Positions 1 through 10,191 of a stretch of DNA of 64,000 bases are shown here, piece after piece (position 1 is the first letter of the stretch; the number at the start of each line of letters is the position of its first letter). The translations under genes were made by a program, and so were the position numbers. Origin of the DNA: a virus (taxonomy: Duplodnaviria; Heunggongvirae; Uroviricota; Caudoviricetes); IMG/VR virus record IMGVR_UViG_2861084961_000001. One strand, 5' to 3'. The notes beneath the pieces are model-generated. The model was given only the letters and a program-made list of their open reading frames with translations. It searched no databases and had not been told where the DNA came from.

Positions 1-130
1 GTTACGTCACTGGAACCCTATGGCTGTCAGCATAGACCCATCTAGTCAGATTCTCACCATCATCTCCAAAGAAGACCGCCACATTGAAGTGGGTGTTACA
101 ACATTTGATGCCAGGTCTACCAACCACTAA
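1..130 (+). CDS. 3' end of an unidentified gene (partial, open frame ending in TAA at 128-130)
   Basis: Open frame from window edge to stop at 128-130, followed by terminator hairpin. Confidence 0.3.
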   Translation, partial: LRHWNPMAVSIDPSSQILTIISKEDRHIEVGVTTFDARSTNH

Positions 131-138
131 TTCCTAAA

Positions 139-165
139 CCCGCTACGGCGGGTTTTTGTTATTAA
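139..165 (+). terminator. Rho-independent terminator hairpin (cccgctacggcggg + T-run)
   Basis: GC stem cccgc/gcggg with tacg loop followed by tttttgtt. Confidence 0.55.
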
Positions 166-291
166 GTCCTTACCAAATCTATGTACCTATCATTAAACCT
201 TTACACCACAGCCGTAGGCATTTAGGCTATATCACATATAAGAAAACAAGTTGTTTCAGACGATAATTATATACGCAAAGGGAACTCTCCA

Positions 292-960
292 ATGACCAAG
301 ATCTTTGTGGTTGGCGGCACAAAGGGCGGGCCTGGCAAATCCACCGTTGCCCAGCAAATTGCCGTTTGCCTGAAAGTCAAAAAGAAGAAGAAGGTTTATA
401 TCACTGATATAGATATTCAGCGCACGACAACAAGCTGGTGTGAAGACCGTCGACAGAACGAAGACCTTGAGCTGATTCCTTTTGCATACGTTCAGGATGA
501 CATCATTAAGCACCTAAAATCGCTTCAGGGTAGAGCTGAGTTTGTAGTGGTAGATGCTGGTGGCTTTGACTCCGAAATTCAGCGACAAGCGATGCTGATG
601 GCCGACGTTATCATTATCCCGCTTCGCCCTAAGCGTCGTGATTTGAAATCTCTGCGTGACATCGATCCTATTATCGACAATGTTCGCAATATAAACGACA
701 AAGTGAAGGTTCGCGCGGTCATGAACCAATGCCCGGCTTTGCCATCACAAGTGTCTCGCATTCTAGCGGCTAAAGAGATTGTCGAGACGTTTGGCATCGA
801 GTCTGCGCCTGTCAATCTATATAACCGCAACGTCTACGATGATGCGGAAGAGTCTGGTCGTTCTATCTTTGAAATGACCGGTAGCGAACGCGACAAAAAG
901 GCGGAAGCCGAGTTTGAAGAATTTGTAGATTATCTGTTGAGTCTGGAGGAAGAAGAATAA
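292..960 (+). CDS. parA: ParA/Soj-family partition ATPase
   Basis: N-terminal deviant Walker A VGGTKGGPGKST; 222 aa typical small ParA; followed by small overlapping partner gene. Confidence 0.85.
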   Translation: MTKIFVVGGTKGGPGKSTVAQQIAVCLKVKKKKKVYITDIDIQRTTTSWCEDRRQNEDLELIPFAYVQDDIIKHLKSLQGRAEFVVVDAGGFDSEIQRQAMLMADVIIIPLRPKRRDLKSLRDIDPIIDNVRNINDKVKVRAVMNQCPALPSQVSRILAAKEIVETFGIESAPVNLYNRNVYDDAEESGRSIFEMTGSERDKKAEAEFEEFVDYLLSLEEEE

Positions 961-1319
961 TGTCCATGAAAATGGGTGACCTAGCAAAGCGCAAAGATAC
1001 TGATGAACCGGCTAAGAATACAACTCCTTTGCGCCAACCACTCAGACCACAGGGACGCCCGACTCGTGGCAAAGAGAAAATTAAAAGCCGCACAATGTCA
1101 TTGGAAGACGAATACTTCGAACTGCTGGAGATGATGAAGTTCATCCCTCGCTTCGAGAAGTTCACTCGTTCTGACGTGATTCGAGCAGCCATTTTCCATC
1201 TGGCAGAGAAGTCACCGCAGGAAATCGAGGACATCGTGAAATTGAATGAGGCGATCACCGCTGCCGATGTCACGATGCGTACCGATGAAATCAAACGAGA
1301 GTTGATGAAGAAAGGTTAA
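960..1319 (+). CDS. Small partition partner protein (ParB/ParG-like centromere-binding candidate)
   Basis: 119 aa ORF start-overlapping parA stop (ATGA-type coupling); basic N-terminus; position typical of type Ib par operon. Confidence 0.45.
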   Translation: MSMKMGDLAKRKDTDEPAKNTTPLRQPLRPQGRPTRGKEKIKSRTMSLEDEYFELLEMMKFIPRFEKFTRSDVIRAAIFHLAEKSPQEIEDIVKLNEAITAADVTMRTDEIKRELMKKG

Positions 1320-1323
1320 AAAT

Positions 1324-1356
1324 CATGCATTGGCGCGTACATTGCGCCAATGCATG
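1324..1356. terminator. Perfect palindrome catgcattggcgc-gtacat-tgcgccaatgcatg, bidirectional terminator candidate between convergent genes
   Basis: 12-13 bp perfect inverted repeat between convergent parB-like (+) and GIY-YIG (-) genes. Confidence 0.5.
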
Positions 1357-1371
1357 AGTACAATGTCAGTT

Positions 1372-2139
1372 TTATGCCGCGCTAACACTATGTTCAGTCC
1401 TAACCACTCCAACCTTCACAAAAGGGCTACCGTAGCTTGGTGGCTTCTTGATTAATTTGCCTACATACAGTTTTCTAATATGCTCATCGGCTATTCTGCC
1501 AACAAATTCATAACGTTTTGTGTCGGGGCCAAGAGCTATATCCCTTGTAAAGTACTGCTGAGAACCGGCTTTGACCCAGCATTCAATCTGATAAACTTCC
1601 ATTATCAGCCCACCATATGTAGCGTAGGCATATTTGAGATTCTCGTCTCTTGGAACCTTTGCCCATACGCCACGCGTTGCTTCATATAATGCCAGAGCGG
1701 ACATTCCTGACTTGTAGGTGCTGTTTAGCAGGAAGGCAAGACCAGCGTGCTCAGGAGCAATTTCAGTTTCCTCTTGCAGCACTAAGTGATGGTAGGCGTC
1801 CAGTGATATTCTGCCCATCATGGAACCACTTCCTCGTACCTTATTCGTAAGCTCTCCGACCCCCATAAGGTCGATGCATGTCGCCTCAACAAGTTTGGCT
1901 GTGGTTTCATCCATACCATGACGAAGAATATCTATGCCTAATTTTTTATTAGCCAAAAGTTCTTTGATCCGCATGGATTTGGGAGAGTCATCGGGATACT
2001 TGATGTGATCGAGACAACGAGTCGATTTGCCTTTTCCTATGTAAAACGGTCTTTTCATCTTGTCTTCTGTATCATAGAGACAGTAAACATAGTATTTAGC
2101 CTTATCCAATGATCTCGCGTATACCGATAAATCGTCCAT
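1372..2139 (-). CDS. GIY-YIG domain protein (homing-endonuclease-like)
   Basis: N-terminal YVYCLYD...PFYIGKGKSTRCLDHIKY matches GIY-YIG nuclease motif; 255 aa; opposite strand to surrounding operons. Confidence 0.55.
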   Translation of the reverse strand: MDDLSVYARSLDKAKYYVYCLYDTEDKMKRPFYIGKGKSTRCLDHIKYPDDSPKSMRIKELLANKKLGIDILRHGMDETTAKLVEATCIDLMGVGELTNKVRGSGSMMGRISLDAYHHLVLQEETEIAPEHAGLAFLLNSTYKSGMSALALYEATRGVWAKVPRDENLKYAYATYGGLIMEVYQIECWVKAGSQQYFTRDIALGPDTKRYEFVGRIADEHIRKLYVGKLIKKPPSYGSPFVKVGVVRTEHSVSAA

Positions 2140-2248
2140 TATTGCATCTCTTAGCTACTGACTAATGCGTTCTATTTTACACATAAGTTTTTAATCAATT
2201 TAACAGGCTCAAAGTGTAGAGCTTCTGGGCGTCTAAGACGACAAGTTA

Positions 2249-2306
2249 TGCCTGCTTCTGTATATATAAATAATAAGTAACTTATTAAATATATACGGAA
2301 GCAGGT
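2249..2306. repeat. Large hairpin cctgcttctgtatat...atatacggaagcagg (15 bp stem, AT-rich loop); near-identical copy at 48859..48912
   Basis: Inverted repeat visible in sequence; second copy 46 kb away. Confidence 0.6.
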
Positions 2307-2412
2307 CTTTTAAAAGACACCACCAGAACAACTCCCTTCCGTTTCCACTTCCAAAAACTGCCACCAGTCGCTATCATCCGCTTATTGTGATAAGTAAGTA
2401 ACTACCTACCAG

Positions 2413-3162
2413 GTGAGCCACATGAGCCAAATCTTTTTCGACACCATCGACAACGACCAGTACGACTTCATGACAGAGTGGAATACCGCTGTTATGGATA
2501 AGTGGGTTGCTGAAAACATTGGTTTGTCGCGCTGCAAAGACGAGGCTGAACTTTTCGATACGAAGTGGTTTGATTACCGCGACATGCATCCTCTTATGGC
2601 CACCTGTCTATTTACGGAGGCATACAAACGTCAGTACTCAAATATCATGCTGACGCACGGTCGTGAACACTTTGAAACAGCTCCGTTCACCACCGGGTTA
2701 AAACGCCTGCCTTATCAGGAGTTGTCGACTGCCAATAAAACGTCGCTATGGAAAGCACGCCAGTTTGCTGACCGCTATTGCTGCTCATACGACTACTTTA
2801 TCTCCACTGTTCTTTCCGCAGCTGCACGACGTCTGTGGGACAAGCTGCCTCGCCCACAACATTTGTGGCAGCCAGAACTGATTGAGATATTTGAAGAGAA
2901 ATTAGCCAGACGCGCAACAACCCGTCTGGATGACTCTCTGGTTAGCTTTAAGCATATGGGAGACATGCAGTTCAACCCGATCCAGGAAAGCTATTTTGAG
3001 TGGATTCTGGAGCGTTTACGCACCATCCCCCGCAGCAAGCGCATACGCGCAATTTTCTCCGCTATCTGGCTAATGGAAATTGTTCCAGAGCGCCTTATTT
3101 CCGCCCACTTTCCAGAAGAACTGGAAGAAGCACGGCGGTTTATTGATCCCCTATCTAATTAA
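2413..3162 (+). CDS. Hypothetical protein (249 aa)
   Basis: Long ORF in operon context upstream of helicase; no recognisable motif. Confidence 0.45.
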   Translation: MSHMSQIFFDTIDNDQYDFMTEWNTAVMDKWVAENIGLSRCKDEAELFDTKWFDYRDMHPLMATCLFTEAYKRQYSNIMLTHGREHFETAPFTTGLKRLPYQELSTANKTSLWKARQFADRYCCSYDYFISTVLSAAARRLWDKLPRPQHLWQPELIEIFEEKLARRATTRLDDSLVSFKHMGDMQFNPIQESYFEWILERLRTIPRSKRIRAIFSAIWLMEIVPERLISAHFPEELEEARRFIDPLSN

Positions 3163-3205
3163 CTAATACTAGAAAACAATTTGTTTAAAAAACAAAGGAA
3201 AGCAC

Positions 3206-4546
3206 ATGACCGAACTTTGCCATACAGGACGCGGGCTGTCCGAAGAGTTTGATGAAGATTTCCAGAACAGACTGACGGCATATTTTTGTCGTGATCACGA
3301 GTTTCTTACTCGTGCGGGAGATCTGGTTGTGCCTAGCCAATTTGCCAATGCGGCCAATGCCATATTGGTTAATATGGTTTCGGGCTATTACCGTATGTAC
3401 AAGAGCGCGCCCTCTTCATCTGCAATTCTGGATATGCTTAAGCGTGCGAAACGCGATAAGACTATCCGTGAGGAACTATTCGCCGATGTTGTTGCTGCGT
3501 TTAAGCGCATCCTTGCAGAAAAATTGTCCGATACCTCGTACATGGTTGACCAGGTATCAACCTTCGCAAAAAGCGTAGCGTTTGATGATGCTCTGATTAA
3601 GGCTGCTGAACTGAAAGAGAAGGGCGACTTTCAGGGGGCGATGGCAATCATGGCCAAGGTTCAGCAGATTGGATCGAACGAAGCGACCGGAATCTATGAC
3701 TACTACACCTCCGCAAGTGAGCGATTGAAAGCGCGTGAATATGAGGCTTCAGAGGAGTATGTACCAAACAGTATTACAACTGGACTCCCTCTTCTCGATA
3801 GGTTGCTGTACCAAAAAGGCTGGGCAAAGCGCGAAATGGTGCTCTTCATGGGGTTCGCTAAATCCGGTAAATCGACCGCAATGGGTGAGTTTTCCATAAA
3901 CGCAACGCTTGCTGGCTACAATGTTCTGTATCTCTCGCTGGAGGTTCACACCAACATTTTGTCCGACCGCTTTGATGCAAGATTGTCGGAGACGGAAATG
4001 TCCAAGCTGGTGGAACGGCGCGATGAAGTTCATCGTAAGTTGGCAGAGTTGGGAGCCACGAAGGGGATTGGTAGTTTGTGGGTTGTTGAGCGTCCGTCAG
4101 GAAGTATGTCACCGGCAGATCTGGACCGTATGCTTAACAGCATGAAAGCCAATGGCATGGTGCCTGACATGGTTGTTGTCGACTACGCAGATTTGATGCG
4201 TGCCAGTTATGACCTTCGTGATGATCGCGCCAATATTCGTAGTATCTACACCGATTTACGTGCTCTTTATGACAAACATAACGTTGCTGGGATCACGGCA
4301 TCGCAGACAAACCGTGAAGGTGGCGCGTCAGAAGTTGCCACAATGATGCACGCTGCCGACAACATCGAAAAAGTACGTATTGCTGACCTGGTAATAACGA
4401 TCAACAAAACCGAAGAAGAAGAAGCGAAAGGAGAGGCTCGTCTCTACTTTGCTGGTTCGCGTAACCAGCAGGGAGGGATCAGCATTCGCGTTAAACAAAA
4501 TCTCGAACAAATGCGCTTCATTGAGCGAATCTTAGACGTTACCTAA
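3206..4546 (+). CDS. DnaB-like replicative DNA helicase
   Basis: RecA-fold C-terminal domain with Walker A GFAKSGKST and Walker B VVVDYADLM; conserved upstream AAAGGAAAGCACATG start context. Confidence 0.8.
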   Translation: MTELCHTGRGLSEEFDEDFQNRLTAYFCRDHEFLTRAGDLVVPSQFANAANAILVNMVSGYYRMYKSAPSSSAILDMLKRAKRDKTIREELFADVVAAFKRILAEKLSDTSYMVDQVSTFAKSVAFDDALIKAAELKEKGDFQGAMAIMAKVQQIGSNEATGIYDYYTSASERLKAREYEASEEYVPNSITTGLPLLDRLLYQKGWAKREMVLFMGFAKSGKSTAMGEFSINATLAGYNVLYLSLEVHTNILSDRFDARLSETEMSKLVERRDEVHRKLAELGATKGIGSLWVVERPSGSMSPADLDRMLNSMKANGMVPDMVVVDYADLMRASYDLRDDRANIRSIYTDLRALYDKHNVAGITASQTNREGGASEVATMMHAADNIEKVRIADLVITINKTEEEEAKGEARLYFAGSRNQQGGISIRVKQNLEQMRFIERILDVT

Positions 4547-4627
4547 AAAATAAGCGTGGAGAACACCTCCACGCTTGATTCATTGGTGAAACAACTTTTC
4601 TTTTGCCAAACCACAAAAGAAAAACAC

Positions 4628-5809
4628 ATGAGCCTTTATGTTATATCAACATTTAGGTTGGTCACAATATTGCCTGTTAAAAGTGGAATTATCGTGAGCG
4701 AGCTGAAAGAGCTAATTACCGAATTAGATTTTGAACAATGGTTGGATACTGAAGGTATCGTTTATCGACGTGGAGGCGTGAGTGCTCGCGGTCGTGAAGT
4801 GAATATCAAGGAGTGTCCGGTATGCGGCAGCTCCAACTGGAAGGTATATTTCAATCTGACCAGCGGCGTCGGTAAATGCTTCGCTGGTGATCATCCCGAA
4901 GAGATTCAGTTCAATAAGCTGGTCTTCCTCAAGCACTACAGCGGTAAATCACGACGACAGTTCGAGGAATATGTGCAGAACGCTCTTCTTTCCCAGGGGT
5001 GGGCACCAAAGAAAGAAGAGATAGTGCTTGCAAGCACAGTCGAGTTAGAGGGACCACTTGCACTCCCTCGTCATTACGAACTTCCTATAGATGGCCGTCT
5101 TCCAGACTATCTGGTTGAACGAAACATATCGCCTGAAATGGCAAAGTATTTTGACCTACGATACTGCGTCGAAGGCAAGCACGCTTATGTTGACCCGTAT
5201 ACAGATCAGGTTAAAGGACAGATATTCGATATGCGAATACTGATACCGGTTTACGATCTGGATGGGGTAATGAAGACATTTCAGGGGCGAGACATTACCG
5301 GTGCAGCAGAACGTCGCTACCTCTTTCCTATGCAGCTTCCAGCTTCAGGTAAGTTTCTCTACAACGGCCATAATGCGCTCGGCAAACAGACTGTAGTTGT
5401 CTGTGAGGGGGCGTTCGATGTTATGGGGGTTAAACGAGCTATTTTTGATGAAGAAACATTACGTGATTACGTGGAACCGATAGGAACGTTCGGGATGCAT
5501 CTATCTGGCAACACCACTCAAGATGCAGAAGATCAGTTGGGCGCGTTCCTGACGCTCAAGGCACGTGGATTACGTAATGTGATCATGATGTGGGATAGTG
5601 AAAAGCAAGCTATACGCAACACTATGGCCGCGGCCAGGCGACTGACCAGTATTGGTCTTAATGTCAAAGTAGCGTGTTTGGGCGAGGAAGGACTCGACCC
5701 CGGCGATGCAACGCCAGAACAAATTATCAAAGCCTATTATCGGGCAAAACCGTATACCAAACAGTTGGAGTTGCAAAGCAAGGTTTTAGGCATTAAGGCT
5801 CTATCGTAA
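4628..5809 (+). CDS. DNA primase (zinc-finger + TOPRIM)
   Basis: CPVCGSS...GKCFAGDH zinc-binding motif; TOPRIM-like VVVCEGAFDVM; start chosen at ATG 4628 preceded by conserved AAAGAAAAACACATG rather than the longer ORF start 4556. Confidence 0.75.
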   Translation: MSLYVISTFRLVTILPVKSGIIVSELKELITELDFEQWLDTEGIVYRRGGVSARGREVNIKECPVCGSSNWKVYFNLTSGVGKCFAGDHPEEIQFNKLVFLKHYSGKSRRQFEEYVQNALLSQGWAPKKEEIVLASTVELEGPLALPRHYELPIDGRLPDYLVERNISPEMAKYFDLRYCVEGKHAYVDPYTDQVKGQIFDMRILIPVYDLDGVMKTFQGRDITGAAERRYLFPMQLPASGKFLYNGHNALGKQTVVVCEGAFDVMGVKRAIFDEETLRDYVEPIGTFGMHLSGNTTQDAEDQLGAFLTLKARGLRNVIMMWDSEKQAIRNTMAAARRLTSIGLNVKVACLGEEGLDPGDATPEQIIKAYYRAKPYTKQLELQSKVLGIKALS

Positions 5810-5884
5810 CAAGTGCCGCTAAAATAAGTAGATGATTACTTATCTTTCTGTAAGAATACTTTCATCTGTTAGCTAGGAGTTGGT

Positions 5885-6667
5885 ATGAAAGACGAAATTC
5901 AGAAATTAGCCTGCGACATCATTGATAAAACTGGTTTAGAAATCAGCGAGAGCAATCGGCTAGACATCATTGAAAAAGCCGTAAAAACAGCAATGGATCA
6001 TATCGCCACTCGTTTGGTTGAGATCCCGCTACCAGGGCTACCTTATCTGAAGGTTAAGTTGTGCGTATGGGGCGAACCTGCACATGCACGACGTTCTGCA
6101 TTAGTTGTTTTTGTACGCAAAGAAAACTTACGTACTCTAAAAGTGCAGGTTGGGGCGTGGTTTGATGGCAGAGTCATCTATACAGATACCATTATCTGTC
6201 CTCCAGGTGACGAACATATTGAAGCCGTCATTCGAGAGTCAATTCGAGCTATGCGCAGTTTAGCTTTGCTGGAAGACAAGCAAAACTTTGAAGATTACTT
6301 GCTGTCGGTAAAAGCTGAACCAACATTGTCTCTAAAAGCCGATTTCGTCACCCCGACAAACCTATTGGAAGTCTTGCTTAATAAAGGGGCTAATGATGCC
6401 GTAAATGTAATCAGAGAGAGTGAGTATGCGTCTCTTTGCGACATGTGCAAAAGCCAGTTGGATCTGGTGCATATCGTTATTGATGCTGGGAAGGCATGTG
6501 ATGGCGTAATGGCGGAATTTGCTGGGAAGATGGTCAGGATTGCTAACGAATTACCGATGATAGAGCAAGAGGCTAAATCATACGCCACCAATCATGTCAC
6601 AGAGCTTCTTGTCCCCTATCGCTTAGAAAGCAATCAGCGCAAGATGATTAGCTGGGGAAGTTGGTAA
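5885..6667 (+). CDS. Hypothetical protein (260 aa)
   Basis: ORF in operon context. Confidence 0.45.
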   Translation: MKDEIQKLACDIIDKTGLEISESNRLDIIEKAVKTAMDHIATRLVEIPLPGLPYLKVKLCVWGEPAHARRSALVVFVRKENLRTLKVQVGAWFDGRVIYTDTIICPPGDEHIEAVIRESIRAMRSLALLEDKQNFEDYLLSVKAEPTLSLKADFVTPTNLLEVLLNKGANDAVNVIRESEYASLCDMCKSQLDLVHIVIDAGKACDGVMAEFAGKMVRIANELPMIEQEAKSYATNHVTELLVPYRLESNQRKMISWGSW

Positions 6668-6723
6668 TCTCTCCGCGCGTCGTTTTTTTACGCAAACAAT
6701 GATAGGTAAGTACAAGATTATCT

Positions 6724-7206
6724 ATGGTGATGGTTGTGAAAGCTGATTTGTCAAAAATCCCCTCTATTTCAGGAAATAATGGTTATTCACTTCGTTGTGA
6801 GGAAGTAAAGATAAACGGTGAGTCGGCATATTGCAGCTACTCCGTTTGCCAGCACACCATTCTTGCCTTCAAAGAAAACCGTCTTCCTCGAACTTCATTC
6901 CAGTCGTGCGCAACCGCTATCAAAGCAGGCAAATGCAAGGCGTTAAAAATGATGGTTGAAGAGATTCGTAAAGGAGAATCTCTGTATTTCGAAGATATGA
7001 CCGCGCTCATTAATGAGGTTGAAGAACGGAATAAACAAGCCAGAACTATAAAACGAAAACGTGACAGTGTAACGATTAATAGCATGGTTAAGAAGAGCGC
7101 CACATCACAAACAGCGATCACTGACGTGTATGCGGCGTTGCTTGAAGAAACAACAAAAGAAACACATGAGCAAATCGATCAACATATGGAGGCAAAACAA
7201 CAATGA
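6724..7206 (+). CDS. Hypothetical protein (160 aa)
   Basis: ORF; stop overlaps ligase start. Confidence 0.4.
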   Translation: MVMVVKADLSKIPSISGNNGYSLRCEEVKINGESAYCSYSVCQHTILAFKENRLPRTSFQSCATAIKAGKCKALKMMVEEIRKGESLYFEDMTALINEVEERNKQARTIKRKRDSVTINSMVKKSATSQTAITDVYAALLEETTKETHEQIDQHMEAKQQ

Positions 7207-8524
7207 AAAAGTTGATCGCACTTAAGCATAAGCTGGACGAAATGAAAGCTATGGGAACCAATGCAAAAAAAGAGGCATTGGCCAACATGGATGACTTCGA
7301 GCAAAGCATGGTTTCATTGATGCTCAACCCTTTCATCCGTTTTGGGGTAAAGAAATACAAAGTGGCAGAGCCGCTTAGTGAGTCCGTCCCAAGTGACGAA
7401 AAAGCCATTGATATACTGAATAAGCTGGCCTCTCGCGAGCTGACGGGGAACGCAGCAATAGCTGCTGTTGAGTCTATCGTGGCGTCAATGTGCGCCGATG
7501 GGCAGGACGTGTTCCGTCGTTTCCTCTTAAAAGACCCGAAAGCAGGTGTTGGGATTAGCCTATGCAACAAGGTTTTGAAAATCCCATTCCGAAATTCGAG
7601 GTGCAGCTGGCGTCACCGTATAAAGAAAAAGGCGACAAATACCCCTTCAAGCCAAATCCTAAAGCAAAATGGCCGATGATTGGCAGCCTTAAGCTCGATG
7701 GTTTGCGAGTAATTTGCGAGGTTATTGTTGACGAGGAAGAGGTGAACTTCCTTTCTCGTACTGGTAATCCAATCACGTCTCTCGATCACCTAAAGCCAGC
7801 CATGCTCGAATTAGGCAAACTTTCAGGCCACAAACACATCTTCTTCGATGGTGAAGGAACAGCCGGTTCATTTAACCAGTCCGTATCTGCATTGCGCAAA
7901 AAGAACGTGCAGGCAATTGGCGCTATTTATCATGTTTTCGACTTCTTCCTACCGGAATGGTGGGCACAGGCTAAATCCAAAGAGTATGCAAAGACAGGTA
8001 TGAAGCTGAAAGAGCGCCTGGCTATGCTCGTGGCGTTGTTCAAAAACGATCGCAGTGAAGACTATGCGCAAGACATTCACCTGCATCCGTTCTACATCAT
8101 CCATAGTCACGAAGACTTCATCGAACGCTTCATGAAACGCCTGGACGATAACGAAGAAGGGGAGATGGGCAAAGATCCGAACTCTGTTTACGAGTTTAAA
8201 CGTACCCGCAGCTGGTGGAAGTTAAAAGACGAAGATTCAGAAGATGGTGAAATTATCGACTTTGAGCCGGGTGACCCGGACTCTGGTTTTGCCAACACGC
8301 TTGGAAAAATTGTTATTCGCCTTGAAAACGGTGTGATTGTTCGTGCGAGCGGAATTAAGCATAAATATCTGGACGAGATCTGGAACAACAAAGAGAAGTA
8401 CCGTGGTCGTATTGTCGAGGTTCATTGTCACGAGAAAACGCCGGATGGCAGCTTACGCCACCCACGACTGAAATGGCCGCGTTGCTTACGCGATACAGAA
8501 GATCGAATCGGAGATAAAGAATGA
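7203..8524 (+). CDS. ATP-dependent DNA ligase (T4-type), reading frame broken at T-run 7573-7576
   Basis: N-terminal part LTGNAAIAAVE...GISLCNKV resembles T4 ligase N-domain; second frame carries adenylation motif SLKLDGLR (KxDG); inserting one T in the tttt run restores NKVFENPIPKF. Confidence 0.8.
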
Positions 8525-8700
8525 TGCTCGGCTGGATGATTGCATTTTTAGCAGTTGGTTTTTTTATCGGTATTGTGGTGATGTCCAGTTGCATTAATGA
8601 TTACATTAAAAACGGTGTTATAGAAAGACGCGGTCGTATTTATCGCATTGTAGAAATAACCAACACCGTGAAGGAGATTAAGGATGATCGTATTAAGTAA
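8521..8700 (+). CDS. Small single-pass membrane protein (59 aa), paralog of 8896..9048
   Basis: Hydrophobic N-terminus MMLGWMIAFLAVGFFIGIVV then RGRIYRIVEIT motif shared with next-but-one ORF. Confidence 0.4.
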   Translation: MMLGWMIAFLAVGFFIGIVVMSSCINDYIKNGVIERRGRIYRIVEITNTVKEIKDDRIK

Positions 8701-8899
8701 ACGGGAGAAGGAAACACTTCATGAAATCAGTAAGTGGCCGGAGTTCCCTGAGTACTGGAAGCCTAAAACGCGGGCTAAGTTAGAGCGGTTAGGGTTGGTT
8801 GCAAACGTTTCTGAAACGAAGTGTTCGGCCAACTACCAGTTAACTGATAAAGGGAAAGTATTGCTACAGCAATTAGTAGAATCAGGAGCGTTAAAATGA
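8684..8899 (+). CDS. Hypothetical small protein (71 aa)
   Basis: ORF with overlapping start/stop in small-gene cluster. Confidence 0.35.
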   Translation: MIVLSKREKETLHEISKWPEFPEYWKPKTRAKLERLGLVANVSETKCSANYQLTDKGKVLLQQLVESGALK

Positions 8900-9048
8900 T
8901 TCCATACATCTCATTAGCTTTTATGGGTGGCTTCCTTATCGGCTTCGGCATCTGTCGTGATTTAATTAAGCAGGAACTTAAAACCAAAACACTGTGCATC
9001 GGAAAGCGTGTGTATCGGGTAGTTCATGAAACAAAGGTTAGAAAATGA
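8896..9048 (+). CDS. Small single-pass membrane protein (50 aa), paralog of 8521..8700
   Basis: MIPYISLAFMGGFLIGFGIC then GKRVYRVVHET motif. Confidence 0.4.
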   Translation: MIPYISLAFMGGFLIGFGICRDLIKQELKTKTLCIGKRVYRVVHETKVRK

Positions 9049-9335
9049 GCAATTTAACTTCTTGGGACTGGTGGTTGGCCACCTATTTCTTAGCGGCCGG
9101 AGTCGCATTCGCCTTTTACGTAGGTCAGTTAGTCGTAAAACTGCTGCTGATTAAATTTGCCAGTCATAAACGTATCGATGATGGTCTGTGGCGTCTTGGC
9201 ACCCTGGTGGAAACTCGCTACGGGCAACTTAAGGAGAACGAAACCATTACTATCCAAGCGAAACGGTTCACTGCCACCATCACAAGAACACCTAGTCGTA
9301 GAGTGGCCTTGATCAAAAAAGTCACAACCGAATAA
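9045..9335 (+). CDS. Small membrane protein (96 aa)
   Basis: N-terminal hydrophobic segment WWLATYFLAAGVAFAFYVGQLVV. Confidence 0.4.
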   Translation: MSNLTSWDWWLATYFLAAGVAFAFYVGQLVVKLLLIKFASHKRIDDGLWRLGTLVETRYGQLKENETITIQAKRFTATITRTPSRRVALIKKVTTE

Positions 9336-10111
9336 AAATACAATAATAAGTATTTACTTACTTATCTTTTATGTATAAGATGACTTTGTTTTCGTTGAGA
9401 CGCGACTGTTTGAACTTAAATACAAGTGCAAACGAAGAAGTCTATCTGGCAGTAGCCTAATAAGCCAAACACCAGCGAGGTCAGTTTCCAGCCTCGTTAC
9501 CGAAATGGGACACACTGAGCGAGTGTGATTGCAGAACGCAGGAGGGAACATTCATGTTCCCTCCGATGAAGTAACAGAATGGGCGGTTGGTATATTTTCA
9601 ACTCCATATGACTCCCGGATTCTTAGCCACTGACCGCCCATCCTGTTACGTCATTTTGTTCAATTATGTCGTTTATACTGGGTTAAAAAGCGGCGACGTA
9701 GCCCGGCTGGTATGGTTAGCCAGCACACAACGTTGAGGCCATTACATTTTTATCAATTCTAAGGTTCTATTCACAGAGATACCGGCGAGCGTTGATATGT
9801 AACATGTTGGGCAAACATTCAATCGGAGTAGTGGCCTCAACGTTGTGAAGACAGGATTGTTGTGTAGGTTTAACCACTGTTGCCATTGGTGCCTGTTTTC
9901 ACAACAAATGATTCCATACATCACATTGTATAAATAACAAAGTAGGTGCTGTCCTCAGAAACATCATCTACTTAAAGATTTAGCCTTCTATTGAGCGAAG
10001 TCGAAAGCGTCTGGCACTAACGTAAAGTGCAAGTAGCGGTGCGTTTCCTGGCAGAAACTAACACCGCCGCGATTGGCACTGTTGAGTAATAAATACTGTC
10101 AGTGCTGAATT

Positions 10112-10186
10112 GATGGTGTAGCTCAGCGGTAGAGCAGTTGGCTGTTAACCAACTGGTCGGTGGTTCGAATCCACCCACCATCGCCA
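10112..10186 (+). tRNA. tRNA-Asn (anticodon GTT)
   Basis: Cloverleaf by eye: acceptor gatggtg/caccatc, anticodon loop ctGTTaa, T-loop ggttcgaat, CCA end. Confidence 0.8.
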
Positions 10187-10191
10187 ATTTA

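Noticed and set aside
4556-4627. Longer primase start at 4556
   Set aside because: The conserved AAAGAAAAACACATG initiation context precedes ATG 4628; the extra 24 codons overlap the helicase terminator region.
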